Part shown: positions 1-9,290 of the stretch, in pieces
Numbering within the stretch: the first letter of the stretch is position 1
How the letters are laid out: every line of letters starts with the position of its first letter
From: Candidatus Omnitrophota bacterium
GTDB taxonomy: Bacteria > Omnitrophota > Gorgyraeia > Zapsychrales > JANLHA01
NCBI GenBank assembly: GCA_029560465.1
Contig: JAKQKX010000065.1
Coordinates: forward strand, 5,148 to 69,147
Direction of reading: 5' to 3'
DNA length: 64,000 nt
Made by a program: the position numbers and the translations under genes
The notes under the pieces: generated by a model
Seen by the model: only the letters and a program-made list of their open reading frames with translations
Told to the model about the DNA's origin: nothing
Database searches by the model: none

Positions 1-1672
1 TCGACCCGCCGGCCTCCAGCCGGTCGATAGCCCGCAGGATACGTTCTTTCTCATAACCCGGAGTGGAATCAAGCGCCAGCCCGGCCTGCCCAGCGTACGT
101 CACGATGGACACCCGTTCCTCCGGCCGCAGCCGCTCGACCATCATTTCCAAAGCGGATTTTAAAAGCGGAAGTTTTTCCGGCCTGTTCATCGACCCTGAA
201 ACGTCAATCAGAAACACGAGGTTGCTCGCCGGCATATCCGCTCCCGAAAGCTCCTTGGCCTTGATTCCGATCAGAGCCAACTGGTGCTCCGGGTTCCAGG
301 GGCAGGGCGCGGTTTCCGTGACCAGGGAAAACGGCTCCTCTCCGTCCGGCTGCGGATAATCGTACACGAAATAGTTCACCATCTCTTCGATGCGCACCGC
401 ATCCCTGGGCGGCATCTGCCCATGATTAAGATACCGGCGGACATTCGCGTAAGAAGCCGTGTCCACATCAATGGAAAACGTGGACAGGGGATTTTCCAGC
501 ACAGCCAGGAACTCGTTTTCATAAATACGGTCATATTGCTCGGTGTTCGCGTCTTCCTTCTTCTCATAATACGGGCGCGGCCCTGCCCAGTCTTCATCCG
601 GTTCAACGATCATAAACCCCGGCCGCATGGGGACAAGGCCCTTGTCCGTATAGTTATAAACCTCTCCGGACCGCCCGTTTGCAACGTACCCCTGCGTGGC
701 AGGCGCCACGGACATGGACGCCGCCGGGGAAGCCATCATTTTCTTTACCGCAGGCGAAGACCACGCTCGGGATTCTTCAGCCGCGTAACGACCGGTGAGC
801 GCCCCCGTTTCCATGGTCCTGTCGCCGAGCCGGCTATCGGCTTTCCCCTCCAACCTGTCCAAGGCAAAGGACTCCGTTTTATGGGCAGATTCCCCGTAAA
901 AAACCGGAAGAGACTCTTGTTCACGTAACTCCCTGTCTTTGCTGACCAGGACCTCATTCTGCCTAATGATCCCCAGGGGAGTTTCCTCCCGCGGAGGCTG
1001 GCCTTTAAATAAAAACCCGTCGCTGAGGACCTCTTCTCCCAAAACAGGCCCGGACACAGCCTCCATCACCGCTTTTCGCTTTTCACCCGGCTCAACAGGT
1101 GCTGCGGCTAACCGGTTCTGGCTGGAAGGGACATCCGATGGGGGTGCGGTCAAATTCGCCTTTTCCCGCAGGGCAGAGCCCCCCTCCATTCTCCCGCGCG
1201 CGGCATTCAGTTGCGGTGTTGCCACCCGCGCGTGCGTTTCTTTTTTGGCTCCCCGGGGTGCCGTTAGGGCCGGAGACGCGTTTTCCGTGCTCACGTCCTC
1301 CCGCGCTTCCTGCAAAGCCGTCTGCACGTTCCGTTTCAAATACACCCGCAAGGACACCGTAAAAACCAGCAAACAAATCATAAGCGTGCTCATCGCGTTA
1401 TAGGGGATGTGATGATCCTTTTTACGCATGTGTTGTCCCTCCCGGTTTTTGACCGCTTTGACCTGATTGATAATTTTCTGCTCCAGATCGGGAGAGAGGG
1501 ATTCGGCGCGCCAAGTTTTAAGAGAAGAGGAAATTTTTTGGACATCCCGGTAAAACCGCTGGCATTCTTCACACTCCACCAGGTGGTCTTCAACCGCCTG
1601 GCGCTCGGATTCAGACAACTCCTGGTCGATATAAGCGGAAATCAGCATGCGCATGTTTTCATGATCAGTCAT
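1..1672 (-). CDS. ZAS-type anti-sigma factor fused to an extracytoplasmic YfbK-like vWA domain; 3' end (C-terminus) lies beyond the window start
   Basis: Hand translation of the minus strand from the ATG at 1672..1670 gives an uninterrupted frame of more than 550 aa to position 1. The N-terminus has the zinc anti-sigma motif H-x3-C-x2-C (DHLVECEECQRF). A hydrophobic membrane-spanning segment follows (LMICLLVFTVSL). Next come a YfbK-like vWA N-terminal region (FSIDVDTASYANVRRYLNHGQMPPRDAVRIEEMVNYF) and the vWA MIDAS motif (LIDVSGSM). This gene is absent from the ORF track because it has no in-window stop. Confidence 0.6.
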   Translation of the reverse strand, partial: MTDHENMRMLISAYIDQELSESERQAVEDHLVECEECQRFYRDVQKISSSLKTWRAESLSPDLEQKIINQVKAVKNREGQHMRKKDHHIPYNAMSTLMICLLVFTVSLRVYLKRNVQTALQEAREDVSTENASPALTAPRGAKKETHARVATPQLNAARGRMEGGSALREKANLTAPPSDVPSSQNRLAAAPVEPGEKRKAVMEAVSGPVLGEEVLSDGFLFKGQPPREETPLGIIRQNEVLVSKDRELREQESLPVFYGESAHKTESFALDRLEGKADSRLGDRTMETGALTGRYAAEESRAWSSPAVKKMMASPAASMSVAPATQGYVANGRSGEVYNYTDKGLVPMRPGFMIVEPDEDWAGPRPYYEKKEDANTEQYDRIYENEFLAVLENPLSTFSIDVDTASYANVRRYLNHGQMPPRDAVRIEEMVNYFVYDYPQPDGEEPFSLVTETAPCPWNPEHQLALIGIKAKELSGADMPASNLVFLIDVSGSMNRPEKLPLLKSALEMMVERLRPEERVSIVTYAGQAGLALDSTPGYEKERILRAIDRLEAGGS

Positions 1673-2246
1673 CTTGCCCCTCCATTAATATGGATGGTAA
1701 ATCTTTTCGCAGCCGCGCCCTTGCTCTGTAAATAAGTATTTTCACGTTCTCGAGCGAGCAGCCCATAATTGCGGCGATATCATCATATTTAAAGCCGTGA
1801 TATTCCCTCAAAATCAGCGCTTCCTTCTGATCGTCCGGCAGTTGTTCCACCGCCCGCTGAATCGCGGTCGCGGTTTCCTCTCCCATCAAACGTTCGGGAG
1901 GCAACGGGCCGGGATCCGGGACAGGGATCTCTTCATATGTGTCACTCCCGCCGCTGGAAACCCAGAGTGACGACAACCGGTTCCGGGACCGGAGTTTAGA
2001 AATGCTGGCATTGCGGGCGATGGTGAAAAGCCAGGTCGAAAATTTGGCCTGGGGCTTATAGCTGTGCTTATGCGTGTATAATTTCATAAAGACTTCCGCC
2101 ACCACATCCTCCGCGTCCGCCCGGTTGCATAAAAGCCGCATGACAAAATTGAAAACCGGGGCCTTATACTTCCGGAACAGGTCTTCGAAAGCCCATTCCT
2201 GGCCATTTTGAAACTCCAAAATCAGCTCTTCGTCAGCGCGCTTCAT
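1665..2246 (-). CDS. ECF-family RNA polymerase sigma factor (sigma-70 regions 2 and 4)
   Basis: The 193 aa ORF has region 2 (FRKYKAPVFNFVMRLLCNRADAEDVVAEVFMKLY) and region 4 (ALILREYHGFKYDDIAAIMGCSLENVKILIYRARARL) signatures. Its stop overlaps the anti-sigma start (ATGACTGA). Confidence 0.85.
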   Translation of the reverse strand: MKRADEELILEFQNGQEWAFEDLFRKYKAPVFNFVMRLLCNRADAEDVVAEVFMKLYTHKHSYKPQAKFSTWLFTIARNASISKLRSRNRLSSLWVSSGGSDTYEEIPVPDPGPLPPERLMGEETATAIQRAVEQLPDDQKEALILREYHGFKYDDIAAIMGCSLENVKILIYRARARLRKDLPSILMEGQDD

Positions 2247-2309
2247 ATCCTCTTTTCCGCTCTCTCCTACCGGTTAAACTGCGTCCTCCCAAAAAAGTTA
2301 CACAAAATT

Positions 2310-2345
2310 TCTCCCACGCGAAAATAGCGCCCCCCGTTCCCGGGC
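2310..2345 (-). promoter_or_regulatory. Candidate ECF-type promoter (GGAAC -35-like element) upstream of the sigma factor gene
   Basis: On the minus strand GGGAAC is followed about 15 nt later by CGCGT, about 70 nt upstream of the sigma start. Autoregulated ECF promoters typically carry GGAAC -35 boxes. Only the motif supports this call. Confidence 0.2.
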
Positions 2346-2433
2346 ACTGTATGATCGCTTCGGCCTGAAAGACTGATATCATTATGTTAAAATGAAGCTA
2401 TCTTGAGGAAGATAAAAAGCGGACAACAAAAAT

Positions 2434-2532
2434 TTAACGACTGCCCATGTAAACCCAGAAAGCGGCGATAAGCAAAACAGCGATGCCTCCGAAAACAAGG
2501 GCCTTCTTTAAAATTGAAGTTATATCCTTCAT
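2434..2532 (-). CDS. Possible small membrane protein (32 aa, MKDITSILKKALVFGGIAVLLIAAFWVYMGSR)
   Basis: Short ORF with one hydrophobic helix in the 390 bp sigma-PEBP intergenic region. It is below the ORF track length cutoff. Confidence 0.15.
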   Translation of the reverse strand: MKDITSILKKALVFGGIAVLLIAAFWVYMGSR

Positions 2533-2637
2533 AAGGATCCTCTGATATACGTTAAAATCCTGTTATTAAATATAACAATATTTTTACTGCCAAGCCATCT
2601 TTTAAATAAATTTTTACAACCCGCGCGATAAGCCTTA

Positions 2638-3165
2638 TTACGGCTTACCGCGGTTAAACAGGCCGATGAGTTCCGCTTCGGCCAGGACATGGCCTTTCAT
2701 GGCTTTGATCACGTCGGCTTTGCCCCATTTCGGCGATGGGGTTAAAACCGTATCCAGGGCGTAGAGTTTAAAAAAATACCGGTGCGTTCCACTAGGCGGG
2801 CAAGGCCCGCCATAATGAGTTCTTCCGAAGCTGTTCAACGCCTGCTGCCCGGGCACGGAATTTTCCGCGATGACCTCAACCGGAGGGATATTATAAAGCA
2901 CCCAGTGGACCCATATCCCCATGGGCGCGTCAGGGTCATCCATAATCAACGCCAGTGTTTTGGCCCCTTCCGGTATTCCGTGGATATACAACGGCGGGTT
3001 GACATCCTCCCCCGAACATGTGTATCGGGCTGGAATCTTTTCATTATCATGAAAGGCCGGGCTCGTGACTTGAAACATGGAAGCGGTTATCCCGGGTTTA
3101 ACGGGCAAGGCCAGACTCCCCCCTATTAAAACACCAACACACACGAGCGCTTGATTTATTTTCAT
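2638..3165 (-). CDS. YbhB/YbcL family PEBP (Raf kinase inhibitor-like) protein with signal peptide
   Basis: 175 aa with N-terminal signal peptide. PEBP-family motifs are present (DPDAPMG...WVHWVLYNIP...GPCPPSGTHRYFFKLYALD). Confidence 0.8.
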   Translation of the reverse strand: MKINQALVCVGVLIGGSLALPVKPGITASMFQVTSPAFHDNEKIPARYTCSGEDVNPPLYIHGIPEGAKTLALIMDDPDAPMGIWVHWVLYNIPPVEVIAENSVPGQQALNSFGRTHYGGPCPPSGTHRYFFKLYALDTVLTPSPKWGKADVIKAMKGHVLAEAELIGLFNRGKP

Positions 3166-3288
3166 GAAGCCCTCCTGGTCTTATCCTCACCAGATACCCG
3201 GGTGAAGGATTTTTTCTAAAACTCTCTCTGGGTTTCCATAAGGAGGCCTCTTGCCTCCCTCCTTTATTATTAATCACGGGCATGCAGG

Positions 3289-4053
3289 TCAATAATTCCA
3301 AATAATACCCACCGGGCAGTGGTCAGAGCCCAGGACATCTTTTAAAATAAACGCGTCTTGAAGGCGCGGGAGCAAATCGGGCGTTATGAAAAAATAATCA
3401 ATCCTCCAACCGACATCCCGTTCCCGGGCTTTGGTTTTATAATCCCACCAGGAATAATGGCCCGGGCTTTTATGAAAATGCCGGAATGTGTCGATATACC
3501 CCAGGCCCAGGAAGCGCGTAAGCCAGGCGCGTTCCTCAGGCAGGAACCCGGTGTTTTTTTCGTTCTCTTTGGGACGGGCCAAGTCAATCTCGGCGTGAGC
3601 GGTATTAATATCCCCGCACATCACAACCGCCTTGCCCGCTTTACGGAATTTCTCCAGTTTCTTGAGCAAACAATCATAAAAGGCCATTTTAAAAGGCACC
3701 CGTTTGTTCCCGCTGCCGCCGTTAGGGACATACAGATTAAACAGGATAAATTCGTTGAATGTGCAAATCAGCACCCGGCCTTCTGCGTCAAATGCGTCCA
3801 CGCCCAGCCCTTCCTCCACCTTCAAAGGCTCGGTCTTTGTGTACACCGCAACCCCGCTATACCCTTTCCGTCGCGCTGATGACCAAAACGAATGGTATCC
3901 GGCCGGGGAAATGACCGCCGCAGATAATTGATCCGGCTGCGCCTTGGTTTCCTGAAGGCACAGGATATCCGGAGACGCGTCTTTCAGCCAGCTCAGGAAC
4001 CCTTTTTTCTCAACCGCTCTGATCCCGTTGACGTTCCAGCTAAGCAATTTCAT
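3289..4053 (-). CDS. xth: Exodeoxyribonuclease III
   Basis: ExoIII/AP endonuclease signatures: MKLLSWNVNGIRA, LCLQETK, and a C-terminal SDHCPV. The ORF track starts it at 4083; the internal MKLLSWNVNG start at 4053 matches the canonical Xth N-terminus. Confidence 0.85.
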   Translation of the reverse strand: MKLLSWNVNGIRAVEKKGFLSWLKDASPDILCLQETKAQPDQLSAAVISPAGYHSFWSSARRKGYSGVAVYTKTEPLKVEEGLGVDAFDAEGRVLICTFNEFILFNLYVPNGGSGNKRVPFKMAFYDCLLKKLEKFRKAGKAVVMCGDINTAHAEIDLARPKENEKNTGFLPEERAWLTRFLGLGYIDTFRHFHKSPGHYSWWDYKTKARERDVGWRIDYFFITPDLLPRLQDAFILKDVLGSDHCPVGIIWNY

Positions 4054-5113
4054 GGGGACCTCCTGCACATGTCTGCTCATCAACAGAGAAAACTCCGGCG
4101 CACTCCGTGCCGCAAAACGCGCATCGGTTGCCTTGTGTCAAATGACAAGCGCCTATTTTATACCCCACCCGTTCGATGACGCACTGCCCACAGCCGTGGC
4201 AATACGTGCTGCTCCCTTCCGGGTCAACGATATTTCCTGTATAAACATGCCGGACACCCCTGGATTTGGCAAGGCGCCTCGAGCGGGCCAAGACATCCGC
4301 CGGCGTGACAGGCGCATCCACGAGCCGGTACGCGGGATGGAACGCGGTGAGGTGCAGCGGCACGTCCGGGCCAAGGTTCGAGACGATCCAATCTGTCATC
4401 CGGGAGAGTTCATCTTCGGAATCGTTCCGGCCCGGGATCAGCAATGTGGTGATTTCCACCCAGACTGAAGTTTCGTTCTTGAGGTACAGAAGGGTTTCCA
4501 GGATCGGCCGCAAGGACCCTTGGCAGTATTCCCGGTAAAACTCTTCTGAAAAAGATTTCAGGTCCACATTGGCGGCGTCCATGGCCTGAAAAAAATCCCG
4601 GCGCGCCTGGCCGGTGATATACCCGGCGGTGACAGCCACGGTTTGGACGCCCTCTTCATGGCAGGCGTCCGCGGTATCAATCGCGTATTCCGCAAAAATA
4701 GCCGGCTCATTATACGTAAACGCCACGCTGCGGCAGCCCAACTCGCGAGCCCGGCGGGCAATAGCGTCTGGAGGCGCGTTGACCGACAGCAGGTCTTCCT
4801 GCCGGGAACGGCTCAAATCCCAGTTCTGGCAAAACCGGCAGCCCAGATTACACCCGGTTGTCCCGAAAGACAAAACACTGGAGCCTGGGAGAAAATGGTT
4901 GAGCGGTTTTTTTTCAATCGGGTCAACGCACAATCCACTGGTGCGGCCGTACGCGGTCAGGACAAGCCGCTGTCCTATATTTTGACGGATAAAACAGAAC
5001 CCCCGCTGGCCTTCAGCAAGGCGGCAGGCCCGCGGACAAAGACGGCAGACAATATGGCCTGAAGCGTCCTTGTCCCAATATTGAGCGGTATAATGCTGTT
5101 GATTTGGATTCAT
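4040..5113 (-). CDS. AmmeMemoRadiSam-system radical SAM enzyme (PFL-activase-like)
   Basis: 357 aa. Radical SAM cluster motif GCNLGCRFCQNW, with an upstream CRLCPRACRL and a C-terminal Cys-rich tail (CHGCGQC...CAFCGTEC) typical of the AmmeMemoSam_rS family. Confidence 0.7.
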   Translation of the reverse strand: MNPNQQHYTAQYWDKDASGHIVCRLCPRACRLAEGQRGFCFIRQNIGQRLVLTAYGRTSGLCVDPIEKKPLNHFLPGSSVLSFGTTGCNLGCRFCQNWDLSRSRQEDLLSVNAPPDAIARRARELGCRSVAFTYNEPAIFAEYAIDTADACHEEGVQTVAVTAGYITGQARRDFFQAMDAANVDLKSFSEEFYREYCQGSLRPILETLLYLKNETSVWVEITTLLIPGRNDSEDELSRMTDWIVSNLGPDVPLHLTAFHPAYRLVDAPVTPADVLARSRRLAKSRGVRHVYTGNIVDPEGSSTYCHGCGQCVIERVGYKIGACHLTQGNRCAFCGTECAGVFSVDEQTCAGGPHEIA

Positions 5114-5158
5114 CAGTCGTCTAGAATTTGATAACGGCCCCGCACAACCGGGGCGGTA

Positions 5159-5734
5159 TCAGTGGACAATGCCGGCAAACCCCATAAACGCCAGGGAAAG
5201 CAATCCGGCAATGACAAGCGTGATCGGGGTCCCCCTCATCCCCTCCGGGACATCCGCCAAATCCAACTGTTCACGAATACTGGAAAAAAGGATCAAGGCC
5301 ATGGAAAAGCCGATTGCGTTGGCCATGGCAAAAACCACGCTTTCCAGCAGGTTATATTCTTTCTGAATGACGAGGATCGCAACACCCAGGACAGTACAGT
5401 TGGTCGTGATCAGCGGCAGAAAAACGCCCAGGGCCTGGTAGAGCGGGCGGCTGACCTTCTTTAAAATAATTTCGACCATCTGAACCAGCGCGGCGATGAC
5501 TAAAATATAAGCCACGGTCTGCAAATAACCGATATGAAGAGGATTCAGGATGTATGTATTGACCAGGTAGGTCACGATCGTGGCGAGGGTCATGACAAAA
5601 ATAACCGCCCCGCACATGCCGACGGCGTTTGAAAAACGGTTTGAAACCCCTAGGCAGGGGCACAATCCCAGAAAACGTGTGAGGACGATATTATTGACGA
5701 GAACGGCGGAAATGATGATCAAAATGTATTCCAT
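5159..5734 (-). CDS. rnfA: Rnf electron transport complex subunit A
   Basis: 191 aa polytopic membrane protein with an RnfA/RsxA N-terminus (LVNNIVLTRFLGLCP). Confidence 0.85.
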   Translation of the reverse strand: MEYILIIISAVLVNNIVLTRFLGLCPCLGVSNRFSNAVGMCGAVIFVMTLATIVTYLVNTYILNPLHIGYLQTVAYILVIAALVQMVEIILKKVSRPLYQALGVFLPLITTNCTVLGVAILVIQKEYNLLESVVFAMANAIGFSMALILFSSIREQLDLADVPEGMRGTPITLVIAGLLSLAFMGFAGIVH

Positions 5735-5738
5735 GATT

Positions 5739-6347
5739 TTAATCCGTTTTGTTGACTAATCTGACCAGCGCGATCATGTACCCCAGGACGATGAAAGCGC
5801 CGGGAGCCAGGATAAACACCAATATCCCGTCACCGGTAATAAATTTGTGGCCAAAAACCGCGCCGCTGCCCAAAAGTTCCCGCACCCCGCCCAGGAGTGT
5901 CAGGGCAAAGGTGAACCCCAGACCCATGCTTAAACCGTCAATGACCGAAAGCCAGACCGGGTTCTTTGAAGCATACGCTTCCGCTCTTCCCAAAATAATA
6001 CAGTTAACAACAATAAGGGGCAGGAACAGCCCCAGCTGCGCGTGCAAGGCCGGCGTATAGGCCGACATCACCAGGTCCACGATCGTTACGAAAGAGGCGA
6101 TCACCACGATAAAACACGGGATCCGGACATCATCCGGGACTAAAGATTTGATCAGGGACACCACCATGTTGGACATCACCAGCACAAAGGTCGCGGCCAG
6201 CCCCATCCCCAACCCATTGACTGCGGAGGTCGTGACCCCGAGCGTGGGGCAGATTCCGAGGACCAAAACAAAAACAGGGTTTTCGCGGAGAAAACCTTTA
6301 GTGAAATTCTTCCAGATACTAATGGCTCGACTCCTTTCTATAGACAT
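5739..6347 (-). CDS. rnfE: Rnf electron transport complex subunit E
   Basis: RnfE/RsxE-like ([28 protein letters not shown]). The likely start is the internal MSIERSRA, because the track ORF start at 6416 would overlap rnfG by about 100 nt. Confidence 0.8.
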   Translation of the reverse strand: MSIERSRAISIWKNFTKGFLRENPVFVLVLGICPTLGVTTSAVNGLGMGLAATFVLVMSNMVVSLIKSLVPDDVRIPCFIVVIASFVTIVDLVMSAYTPALHAQLGLFLPLIVVNCIILGRAEAYASKNPVWLSVIDGLSMGLGFTFALTLLGGVRELLGSGAVFGHKFITGDGILVFILAPGAFIVLGYMIALVRLVNKTD

Positions 6348-6897
6348 CATACGCTCTCTGCACCGCGTTGCAAAAGGCTCTGGAACTGATGGTCGCAGCC
6401 GTGATCGCGTCCACACTCCCCCCGTCTTTTTTCACCGTCAGGCTAAAGGCACCCGGATTCTTATTTTGAAATTGCCGGGTGAAATCCGATTTTTTACGGT
6501 CGATTTTATCCCCCAAGCCCGGGGTTTCTTTATGGTCCAGGACCTCCACGTCATAAATCGTTCCGTCAGGAAGAAACCCCACCATAAGCTTTATTTCCCC
6601 CCCGAACCCCTGCTGCGTCCAGGATTCGACAGCGGTCCCCACCACTTCCCCGGCTTTCTTGACCGGATACAGCGTGATACACCGTTCATTCTGGCAGCGT
6701 TCCGTTTTATCGTCAAACGGGGAACTGTCGAATTCCGGCACGACATTCCTGATAGCCTCTATTTTTTTATTTAATTCCGCCCGGGCCTTGGGGCCTTTCG
6801 TGACTTCATAGACAAAACCCAAGGACGCGGAAGAAACAAACGTCGCCACGAAAAGGGTCGTCACCAGATTGAGGAATGTTGGCTCCTTCTTTTTCAT
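6319..6897 (-). CDS. rnfG: Rnf complex subunit G (FMN-binding)
   Basis: 192 aa with an N-terminal membrane anchor and an FMN-binding C-terminus ([15 protein letters not shown]). Confidence 0.8.
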   Translation of the reverse strand: MKKKEPTFLNLVTTLFVATFVSSASLGFVYEVTKGPKARAELNKKIEAIRNVVPEFDSSPFDDKTERCQNERCITLYPVKKAGEVVGTAVESWTQQGFGGEIKLMVGFLPDGTIYDVEVLDHKETPGLGDKIDRKKSDFTRQFQNKNPGAFSLTVKKDGGSVDAITAATISSRAFCNAVQRAYDVYRKESSH

Positions 6898-6898
6898 C

Positions 6899-7888
6899 TT
6901 ATTCCCCGAAACGTTTCGGCTTGCAATACCTGTTAATAAGCGGGACGAAAGCGTTCATAATAAGGATCGCGAAAGAAACCCCTTCCGGATAAGCGCCGAA
7001 AACCCGGATCGTGACGGTCAGGATCCCGATCCCGCCCCCGAAAATAAACATGCCTTTAGGGATCATCGGTGAGGTCACATAATCTGTGGCCATAAAAATA
7101 GCGCCGAGCAGGATCCCGCCGGTTAAAACATGAAAAACCGGGTTCATATATTTGACCGGGTTCACCAGCCACAATAAGCCGGAAAAAGCGGCGGCGCTTC
7201 CTATCACCGCGACCGGAATATGCCAGGTGATGATTTTCCGGTACAGCAAATACGCGCCGCCCGCCAGGAGCGCCAGGGCGGACATTTCCCCCAAGGATCC
7301 GGCCATCTTGCCCAAAAACAAATCCGAGTAACGCGGCAGCTCGCTCATCAACTGCTGCGGCGTTAGCCCGTTTTTTAATCCTTCCTTAATAATCGCTAGG
7401 GGCGTCGCGGTGGTGACCCCATCCACCGCCGCCATCGCGCCGCTAAACGGCTTGGGCCACGTCGTCATGGCCACGGGAAAAGACACCAGCAAGAAAACCC
7501 GGCCGATCAGCGCAGGGTTAAACGGATTGTTCCCCAACCCGCCGAAGGTCATTTTGGCCACCGCGATCGCGATAAAGCTGCCCAGCACCACCATCCAGCC
7601 TGGAAGCGTGGCCGGCACGTTAAACGCCAACAAAAGGCCCGTGACAGCCGCAGACCCGTCTGATACCGACGGATCTTTTTTAAGGATATACTTCTGGATC
7701 AAATATTCAAAAAAAACGGATGATATCACGGCCAAAGCCGATACTTTCAGCGCCGCCCAGCCAAAAACAATAAGGGACACGATCCAAGCGGGCATCAAAG
7801 CCACCAGCACGCCGGTCATGATTTTGCGGACCGATTCTCCGCTGTACATATGGGGCGACAAAGAAACCGTTAAAAGTGATGGGTTCAT
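6899..7888 (-). CDS. rnfD: Rnf complex subunit D
   Basis: 329 aa polytopic membrane protein with RnfD/NqrB family features (GGLGNNPFNPAL...TDYVTSP). Confidence 0.85.
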   Translation of the reverse strand: MNPSLLTVSLSPHMYSGESVRKIMTGVLVALMPAWIVSLIVFGWAALKVSALAVISSVFFEYLIQKYILKKDPSVSDGSAAVTGLLLAFNVPATLPGWMVVLGSFIAIAVAKMTFGGLGNNPFNPALIGRVFLLVSFPVAMTTWPKPFSGAMAAVDGVTTATPLAIIKEGLKNGLTPQQLMSELPRYSDLFLGKMAGSLGEMSALALLAGGAYLLYRKIITWHIPVAVIGSAAAFSGLLWLVNPVKYMNPVFHVLTGGILLGAIFMATDYVTSPMIPKGMFIFGGGIGILTVTIRVFGAYPEGVSFAILIMNAFVPLINRYCKPKRFGE

Positions 7889-9234
7889 TTTTGTTTTTGT
7901 TCCTTTAATTTCTTAAAAACGTTGGCTTTACCAAGCCGGATATAATCCAGAAGCGGCCGGTGGGACGGGCACACAAAACTACAGCAGGAGCACTCGCAGC
8001 AGCTCAGCACCCTTTCGCCAAAAGCGCGGTCCAACTGATTCCGCTCGACGAGCGCCATCAACAGATACGGCTCCAGGCCCAACGGGCAGGCAAACACGCA
8101 TTTCGCGCAGCGGATACAATTCTCAACAAGTTCACGCTTGGCCTGGTCTTCAGGCAACACGAGAAGCCCGGATGTCCCTTTGGTGACCGGGATATCGGTC
8201 GAGTCCAGGGCCCGGCCCATCATCGGACCGCCGGCAATGATTTTCCCTGTCTTATCCGGCAATCCCCCTGCGGCTTTAATAAGCTCATGAAACGGGGTCC
8301 CGACCCTGACCCAAAAGTTCGACGGGTTTTGAATCGCCGGGCCGGTGACCGTGACGACGCGTTCAATAAGCGGTTTGTTCTTTTGAACGGCTTCGTATAC
8401 AGCGAAAACAGTGCCGACATTAAACACCGCGCAACCGACATCGCTGGGAAGGCCTTTGGGCGGCGGAGGGATTTCCCGCCCGGTCAAAGCTTTGACAAGC
8501 TGCCTCTCCCCTCCCTGAGGATAGCACACCTTAAGGGGTTCGACCCGGATACCGGGATAATCGCGAGCGGCGGCGGCCAGGATATCAATCGCGTCGGGTT
8601 TATTCTCTTCGATACCGATACACGCCTGATCAATGCCCAGGCCTTTTAAAAGAATCCGGACGCCGGTCACGACCTCCTCACTCTTTTCGACCATCAGGCG
8701 GTGGTCCGCCGTGAGGTACGGCTCGCATTCAACTCCGTTAATCAGAAGAAACTCCATGGGCTTGTCTTTCGGCGGAGACAATTTGACATGGGAAGGAAAG
8801 GCCGCCCCGCCCAGGCCGACGATGCCCGCCGCAGCGATCTTCGCGATGATATCCTCCCGCCCCGGGATATCCTTCTTCAAATCCAAGCCCCTGTCAATGC
8901 CGCCCGCCCATTCATCCTCCTGAACATCAAGGATAACTGCCGGGCGTTTATAGCCCGTCACGTCTTTGACGGGATCGATTTTCTTCACGTTCCCGGTCAC
9001 CGAGGCGTGGATGTTCGCGGAGACAAACCCTTCGGCCCGGGCGATAAGCTGCCCGGTCTTCACGAAATCCCCCGCCTTCACCAGAGGAACCGCCGGAGCG
9101 CCGATATGCTGGGAAAGCAGGATCGCAACGGTCTTAGGCAAAGGAAGCATGGATAAGGGTTTGTCCGCTGAAAGCTTGCTGTCATGCGGATGAACCCCTC
9201 CCTGTGGAAATGTTTTTGGCGAACCACTCCTCAT
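7885..9234 (-). CDS. rnfC: Rnf complex subunit C (NADH-binding, 2x[4Fe-4S])
   Basis: Two ferredoxin-type Cys clusters (CIRCAKCVFACP, CCECSCCSFVCP) and an RnfC N-terminal region (FPQGGVHPHDSK). The start is taken at the internal MRSGSPKTF. Confidence 0.85.
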   Translation of the reverse strand: MRSGSPKTFPQGGVHPHDSKLSADKPLSMLPLPKTVAILLSQHIGAPAVPLVKAGDFVKTGQLIARAEGFVSANIHASVTGNVKKIDPVKDVTGYKRPAVILDVQEDEWAGGIDRGLDLKKDIPGREDIIAKIAAAGIVGLGGAAFPSHVKLSPPKDKPMEFLLINGVECEPYLTADHRLMVEKSEEVVTGVRILLKGLGIDQACIGIEENKPDAIDILAAAARDYPGIRVEPLKVCYPQGGERQLVKALTGREIPPPPKGLPSDVGCAVFNVGTVFAVYEAVQKNKPLIERVVTVTGPAIQNPSNFWVRVGTPFHELIKAAGGLPDKTGKIIAGGPMMGRALDSTDIPVTKGTSGLLVLPEDQAKRELVENCIRCAKCVFACPLGLEPYLLMALVERNQLDRAFGERVLSCCECSCCSFVCPSHRPLLDYIRLGKANVFKKLKEQKQK

Positions 9235-9290
9235 AATAAGTCCTCTATTCCAATGGCTTAACTTCCGACCCCACAAACCCGCGCCATGCG

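Noticed and set aside
63-1403. Plus-strand ORFs 63..359, 284..928 and 939..1403 from the track
   Set aside because: They are antisense to a long uninterrupted minus-strand frame encoding a coherent anti-sigma/vWA protein. Their translations are Arg/Pro/Gly-rich low-complexity sequence typical of reverse-frame artefacts in GC-rich genes.
3195-3290. AAGGAGG...CCTCCTT palindrome between PEBP gene start and xth stop
   Set aside because: It has no adjacent U-run in the orientation needed to terminate xth. It may simply be the RBS region of the PEBP gene forming an imperfect stem.
7960-8649. Plus-strand 229 aa ORF inside rnfC, and similar long antisense ORFs (13848..14576 in fumC, 23203..24081 in the hybrid kinase, 60915..61550 in the AsmA-like gene, 16204..16914 in nfeD)
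   Set aside because: They are fully nested antisense within well-supported minus-strand genes. They have no recognisable motifs and an Arg/Pro-rich composition.
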